Below are positions 15,579 through 20,855 of a stretch of 20,855 nucleotides of DNA, one piece after another. Location of the stretch: positions 1-20,855 of IMG/VR virus record IMGVR_UViG_3300010367_000012; one strand, 5' to 3'. The DNA is from a virus. Numbering within the stretch: position 1 is the stretch's first letter; the number at the start of each line of letters is the position of its first letter. A model generated the notes under the pieces. It did no database searches and was not told the DNA's origin. It saw only the letters and a list, made by a program, of their open reading frames with translations. The position numbers were made by a program, and so were the translations under genes.

Positions 15579-16058
15579 ATGTCCAGCACTATTAAGCGCG
15601 CAGCAGCTATAGCTACTACGGTTTCTGCGCTTGTTATAAGTGGAATGGCTACAGCCTCTCATGCGGCTGCCAGCACAACCACTCTAGGGTCTAAGGCTCT
15701 AGGAATCGCCAAGAATCAGTTGGGTAAGCCTTACCTTTGGGGTGCGGCTGGTCCTAGCAAGTTTGACTGCTCAGGTCTTACGAAGTATTCTTTCAGCAAA
15801 ATTGGGAAGTCAATTCCCCGTGTTGCCCAGGATCAATACAATAAGAGCCACCACATCAGCAGCGCAAGCAGACGACTTGGCGATTTGATCTTTTTTGGGA
15901 ATAGTAGCCGCAGTATTGTTCATGTGGGAATTTATGCAGGTAACGGAAACATGATTGATGCGGACTCGGGAAGCTACTACGGCCACCGAGTAACCAAGGA
16001 GCCTGTAAAGGGTTGGTTCTCCCAGCACTACAAGGTTTACTACGGTCGATTCGCGTAA
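15579..16058 (+). CDS. Secreted NlpC/P60 peptidoglycan endopeptidase
   Basis: Signal peptide from ATG 15579; GKPYLWGAAGPSKFDCSGL, PRVAQDQ, GDLIFF, HVGIYAGNG. Confidence 0.93.
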   Translation: MSSTIKRAAAIATTVSALVISGMATASHAAASTTTLGSKALGIAKNQLGKPYLWGAAGPSKFDCSGLTKYSFSKIGKSIPRVAQDQYNKSHHISSASRRLGDLIFFGNSSRSIVHVGIYAGNGNMIDADSGSYYGHRVTKEPVKGWFSQHYKVYYGRFA

Positions 16059-16658
<600 letters not shown>

Positions 16659-16660
16659 AG

Positions 16661-16695
16661 AGAAGGGTCCTCACTTTACGTGAGGGCCTTTTTCT
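16661..16695 (+). terminator. Intrinsic terminator closing the nlpC-rpf operon
   Basis: AAGGGTCCTCAC-tttac-GTGAGGGCCTTT with T run. Confidence 0.85.
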
Positions 16696-16740
16696 GTTAA
16701 GATGAGTTGTCTAAGAAACGAAATACAAAAGGACCACTAC

Positions 16741-17301
16741 ATGACTGATACTTTCGATCCGTACACAGATAAGAATGTCCACAAGACAGGGCTGTTGATC
16801 TGCTGGCCTTGCAAAAAGATCGAAGAGATTCCAGACTACGATCCGGACAATGCGGATAACGATCCTCGTATTGGGCATATCGTTGAAACTCACCTTCGCA
16901 GACATCCGTCATTTGAAGACAGAAATGTTCTGGAATGGATGTCCCTTGGCTTTGTTCCTACACGCCACTTCAAGGACCCACAGTATAAGAAGCAGATCAT
17001 TGATCAGATTCTTGAGGGTAATGGTAAGACTGGATTCGATGATGAGTTCTATGACACAGCGAATACCTTCAAGGAAGACGCTCTTAAGTGTTACCAGAGA
17101 CATAATCGTCCTGCATTCAATGACACCAAGCATGGCAAGTGTATTGACTATCTGAGCCACAACATGGAGATCAAGCCCAATACTTCACGTGAGCGCAAGA
17201 TTGCTGGACTTCCTACCTACGATGAGACCAAGATCAAGAAGAGTTTCATCTGCGAGCACTGCCCGTATCACCAGAGCGTCAAGGTAGCTCTAAGAAAGTA
17301 A
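16741..17301 (+). CDS. Hypothetical Zn-binding protein
   Basis: AAGGA RBS before ATG 16741; CWPC, CYQRH, CIDY, CEHCP. Confidence 0.75.
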   Translation: MTDTFDPYTDKNVHKTGLLICWPCKKIEEIPDYDPDNADNDPRIGHIVETHLRRHPSFEDRNVLEWMSLGFVPTRHFKDPQYKKQIIDQILEGNGKTGFDDEFYDTANTFKEDALKCYQRHNRPAFNDTKHGKCIDYLSHNMEIKPNTSRERKIAGLPTYDETKIKKSFICEHCPYHQSVKVALRK

Positions 17302-17330
17302 TTACCGAAATACTATTTGGAGAATAATTA

Positions 17331-17687
17331 ATGACTATTGATCTGGAAGAACTACAGAAGAAGCAGGCTGCTGAATTACTTGCTGACAGAGATTCTGGGG
17401 CTGAAGAAGTAACGACTGCTTTTTTGATTGTCCAGAACAAGGATGGCCAGTGGTCCGCCTACGCCGATTTCGCAGGCATGGACGTAGAAATGGATCGTCA
17501 GGCTACTCTAGATGACATCATTGGCGGTTGTGAGAATGTAAAGGTTGGCTGTCAGACACAGCAGACAGCTATTTCTACTGTTATCATGATGGAACAGCGT
17601 GCTGCAATGATGCAGCAACAGATGATGCAGCAGCAGGAAGCCCAGAGAATTTCTTCTCTGATTGACCCCAATAAGTTGAGAGCGTGA
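17331..17687 (+). CDS. Hypothetical protein with Q/M-rich C-terminal helix
   Basis: GGAGA RBS; VTTAFLIVQNKDGQW; MMQQQMMQQQ. Confidence 0.75.
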   Translation: MTIDLEELQKKQAAELLADRDSGAEEVTTAFLIVQNKDGQWSAYADFAGMDVEMDRQATLDDIIGGCENVKVGCQTQQTAISTVIMMEQRAAMMQQQMMQQQEAQRISSLIDPNKLRA

Positions 17688-17691
17688 TTAC

Positions 17692-18618
17692 ATGACAATG
17701 TCTGGACCACAGAAGTACCCAGGTGCCTCGTTAAGCGAGTGGTACCATAATCGTTATCCTGGTGATCAGCAGGAAGTAAATACTATTGTTCTGCATACCA
17801 CTGAGGGACCTACCCTCTCTGATTACAGTGGTGGAGCTGTAGCACCTAATTTCACTGCTGTTCCTGATTTCAAGAACCAAAAGCTAGTTTGGTACCAGCA
17901 CTATGATTTTGATGAGTCTTCTCGTGCTCTTGTTCATGCTAGTGGTCAACCTGGTACAAATACTGCTAATGTAAGCCAGATTGAGCTTGTTGGTACCTGC
18001 GATCCCACTACTCACAATAAGTGGGGAAATACTCCGCATATTTATTGGCCGGAAGCTCCTGACTGGGCACTTAAGGAAGTAGCTAAGTTCCTTGCTTGGG
18101 CTAATGTAAACCACAATGTTCCTTTGAGTGGTCCAGCCAACTGGAAGGCTTATCCTTCTTCATACGGATCTGGTAATGGCGTTCGTCTTACTATTGCTCA
18201 GTGGGAAGCCTTTAGAGGTATTTGTGGGCACGAACACGTTCCTGAGAATTACCATGGTGATCCTGGTGCTCTTGATTTCGCTAAGTTGATTTCTTTTGCC
18301 AAGGCAATTGTTAATCCACCTAAGCCTCCAACACCTGTTCCACCGAAGCCTAAGCCCACTGTGTACACGCCTCCAGCCTTCCCAACAGGTCTGAGACCCA
18401 ACCACTCAACACCTTCCGCTAAGAGCCTACAGAAGGCCCTGAAGGCTACTGACTGGCTTGCTGAGAGCGTGGCTCTGTCTGATAACTACGGTCTTAAGAC
18501 ACAGGCTGCTGTGGCTGGTTTCAATAAGAAGCACGGTCTGAACTCTGCTGGTGTATCTTACGATCCGGCTATTGGTCCAAAGGGATGGAAGCTTCTATTC
18601 ACATTAGCCTACGGCTAA
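17692..18618 (+). CDS. Endolysin: N-acetylmuramoyl-L-alanine amidase + Pro linker + peptidoglycan-binding domain
   Basis: IVLHTTEG, SQIELVG, ICGHEHVPENYHGDPG; PPKPPTPVPPKP linker; LQKALK...DNYGLKTQAAV..F. Confidence 0.9.
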   Translation: MTMSGPQKYPGASLSEWYHNRYPGDQQEVNTIVLHTTEGPTLSDYSGGAVAPNFTAVPDFKNQKLVWYQHYDFDESSRALVHASGQPGTNTANVSQIELVGTCDPTTHNKWGNTPHIYWPEAPDWALKEVAKFLAWANVNHNVPLSGPANWKAYPSSYGSGNGVRLTIAQWEAFRGICGHEHVPENYHGDPGALDFAKLISFAKAIVNPPKPPTPVPPKPKPTVYTPPAFPTGLRPNHSTPSAKSLQKALKATDWLAESVALSDNYGLKTQAAVAGFNKKHGLNSAGVSYDPAIGPKGWKLLFTLAYG

Positions 18619-18628
18619 GATGACCATT

Positions 18629-18669
18629 AAGAGGGGAATCCTTTCGGGGGTTCCCCTCTTTGTCTTTTT
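18629..18669 (+). terminator. Intrinsic terminator (UUCG loop)
   Basis: AAGAGGGGAATCCT-ttcg-GGGGTTCCCCTCTT followed by TGTCTTTTT. Confidence 0.88.
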
Positions 18670-18685
18670 AGGATAAGATAAACAC

Positions 18686-19537
18686 ATGAACGATATACGA
18701 GTTGAACTAGGGGCAAGTAGCTACTTTAGCCGTCCCTCTAATATCCTTGACCCAAACCTATTCGAAGGTGAGCATTTACATCCCGATGTCCGAGACACGA
18801 TCCTCCGTATTTACATGGATTACATGGGTACTCGTTACAACGAGCCTGATAAGTGGTCTATGGTTTGGCTGGCAGGTAGTGGAATTAGTTTCCAGTGGTC
18901 GGCAAATCGCGGAAATGGTGATTTGGATGTACTGTTTGGAATCGACTACTCCGAGTTCGTCACAGCCAATCCAGACTTCATGTACTTTGACAGACACGAA
19001 ATCGCTAACTATATCACCGAAGATCTACGCAAGAATCTCTGGCCAGTAACAGCACACACCTATTTTGGCTTTGGTGAGTATGAGCTGACATTCTTCCTCA
19101 ATGACAATGTAGAGGCTACAGAAAACTCTATTACCAATATCCATCCTTATGCAGCTTATAACCTGACTAAGGATGAATGGACAATCAAGCCTCCTAACCT
19201 TCCAGCACAGCCAACGGAACTCTATCCTTCCTCCTTCTACGAACAAGCAGAAGCCAATAAGGCGCATACTGAAGGACTTGTGAACAGATACAACGCTGTA
19301 CGTCAGGAAGGATCTACGATCAGACCAGGGAGCCCACAGGATGTTAACAACCGTCGCCATAAAGAATTGGTACGATCAGAAGCGCGAACGCTCTTCGATG
19401 CACTCCACTTGGGCCGTAAGATGGCTTTTTCCCCCAATGGAGAAGGATACGGAGATTTCTACAACTTCCAGTGGCAGCACGCTAAGGAAGCAGGAGTAGT
19501 AAACGCTCTTAATGAGATAATTAATCAGGAGAATTAA
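18686..19537 (+). CDS. Pol-beta superfamily nucleotidyltransferase
   Basis: hGS...DhDh motif: WLAGSGIS...GDLDVLF; candidate third acid in YELTFF. Confidence 0.78.
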   Translation: MNDIRVELGASSYFSRPSNILDPNLFEGEHLHPDVRDTILRIYMDYMGTRYNEPDKWSMVWLAGSGISFQWSANRGNGDLDVLFGIDYSEFVTANPDFMYFDRHEIANYITEDLRKNLWPVTAHTYFGFGEYELTFFLNDNVEATENSITNIHPYAAYNLTKDEWTIKPPNLPAQPTELYPSSFYEQAEANKAHTEGLVNRYNAVRQEGSTIRPGSPQDVNNRRHKELVRSEARTLFDALHLGRKMAFSPNGEGYGDFYNFQWQHAKEAGVVNALNEIINQEN

Positions 19538-20035
19538 ATGGCAGAAACTTGGGGTAACCACGTAGCAATAGTAGTAAATGGCGTATTGAGACAGCCTAAT
19601 GACTCATCCGTCATCATCCCTGGACTTCTTATCTACAAGTCACTTGTCAAGGATCATCGAGTTTCTTTGATTATTGACAGTGCAGCCAAGGAAAAGGTTC
19701 AGTACTGGCTCCTTATGAATGGTCTTACTGATCATGTCAATGAGATCTATTGGGAAGAAACTGATCCTGATGATGATGGAGCCAGAAGATTGCGTCAAGT
19801 TGCTCGGTTGAGAAGACAGGGACCTCTTTCATTAGTATATGAATCCGATACTGCTGTGGCTACAAAACTACTTCAGGCTCAGATTCCTACTATGCTATTT
19901 CTGCATCCAACCTATACACATCCTGATTTCCGTCCTGGTCCTGCTAAGGAACCGACTCCTTGGGATTCTCTGCTAGCCGAAAAGATAAGACAGCAAGAGG
20001 CCAGAGCGACAGACACAAGACTTCTAGACTTCTAA
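19538..20035 (+). CDS. HAD-fold-like protein, apparently lacking catalytic aspartates
   Basis: VAIVVNGVLR at the DxDG motif position; WLLMNGL; LVYESD. Abuts the NTase stop. Confidence 0.55.
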   Translation: MAETWGNHVAIVVNGVLRQPNDSSVIIPGLLIYKSLVKDHRVSLIIDSAAKEKVQYWLLMNGLTDHVNEIYWEETDPDDDGARRLRQVARLRRQGPLSLVYESDTAVATKLLQAQIPTMLFLHPTYTHPDFRPGPAKEPTPWDSLLAEKIRQQEARATDTRLLDF

Positions 20036-20044
20036 GGAGATACT

Positions 20045-20855
20045 ATGGCAGCACCAATTCCAGATCAGGGAGCGATTGCCCACTTGGGTGGTCAGTTCCA
20101 TCACAATGTATTCGAGCATCTTCAGAAGAAGGCTAATGCCTCTTCTAAGAAATATGCCGCTGCTCATCAGACTCAGGTAAAGCAGACTGCTGATGCACGA
20201 GAAAGATTCGCTCAGAGTGCTGCACAAGGTATTAAGCAGGGACAGGCAGCCTACGCCAAGAACGTAGCAGGACAGCAGAAGCAGGCGCAACAAGCTGCTA
20301 AGGCTCACGCTGCTGGTGTAAAGTCTGGTAAGGTAGCTCCTGCACAAGGCGCACCACCACGTACCTTCGCTATGGGTTCAACTCCACAGCAGAAGGCTGC
20401 ACAGAAGACAGCAGCAAAGCAGTCATCTACTATGCAGCAACAGCGTAATTTCGCACATGGTGAGGCTCTGAAGTTCCAGTCAGCACAATTCAAGGTCAAG
20501 CAGCAGCAAGTAAACAATGCTCATGGTCAGGCTATTCAGGAAGCTAAGCAGAGAAGTAAGGGAGGACCCGTGAATACTACTAGTACACCGAAGGCTCCGT
20601 CTTTGTCTCCTTCTTTTTCTAGTGCACCAGCTACACATACACCAGTGAAGGCAAAGCCTATTGCTTCTACATCCTTCTCCAGTCAGCTTGCTCCACAGAA
20701 GCCTCTTGCAGGGCCGCAAGGGTCCACTACAGCCTCTTTCAGCTCTGGCAGCGGTAATTGGACAGCTAAGCCACCAAAGCCGCTTACAGCGGGACCTAGC
20801 AGTCCTTCGCTTCCGCACATTCCTGGTGGACCTATGCAGCGTGCTGGAAGTGTCA
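20045..20855 (+). CDS. Long Q/A/K/P/S-rich low-complexity protein, partial (runs off window; not in ORF track)
   Basis: AAGGAGA RBS, ATG 20045 (MAAPIPDQGAIAHLGGQFHHNVFEHLQKK...), no stop before window end. Confidence 0.8.
   Translation, partial: MAAPIPDQGAIAHLGGQFHHNVFEHLQKKANASSKKYAAAHQTQVKQTADARERFAQSAAQGIKQGQAAYAKNVAGQQKQAQQAAKAHAAGVKSGKVAPAQGAPPRTFAMGSTPQQKAAQKTAAKQSSTMQQQRNFAHGEALKFQSAQFKVKQQQVNNAHGQAIQEAKQRSKGGPVNTTSTPKAPSLSPSFSSAPATHTPVKAKPIASTSFSSQLAPQKPLAGPQGSTTASFSSGSGNWTAKPPKPLTAGPSSPSLPHIPGGPMQRAGSV

Noticed and set aside
20480-20818. 112-aa + strand ORF in the track
   Set aside because: Alternative frame of the RBS-supported ORF starting at 20045

Overview
A dense, entirely + strand segment of a lytic-type actinobacteriophage genome. 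The host is most plausibly Streptomyces, given the WhiB, Rpf-LysM, NlpC/P60 and amidase endolysin; GC is by eye far below Streptomyces. 1-12.7 kb is a DNA metabolism and recombination region: class II RNR, HNH, RecA, RNA ligase, Hjc-like and RuvC-like resolvases, WhiB, Cas4-like nuclease, UvsY-like protein, ThyX, a SLOG protein and many small ORFs. 12.8-20.9 kb holds SpoVS, small disordered or basic proteins, DUF1003, a self-contained secreted NlpC/P60 + Rpf operon, an endolysin, a pol-beta-type nucleotidyltransferase and a degenerate HAD protein. The most striking signal is a ~30 bp promoter element present twice, before recA and before the NlpC/P60-rpf operon. Each copy has a TTGAC -35 plus an exactly spaced TGTCAG-N10-TAnnnT motif like the actinobacterial PafBC/RecA-NDp DNA-damage promoter, and each lies in an inverted repeat. 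A highly structured candidate RNA lies at about 8630-8860. All product calls come from motif recognition by eye, not database searches.
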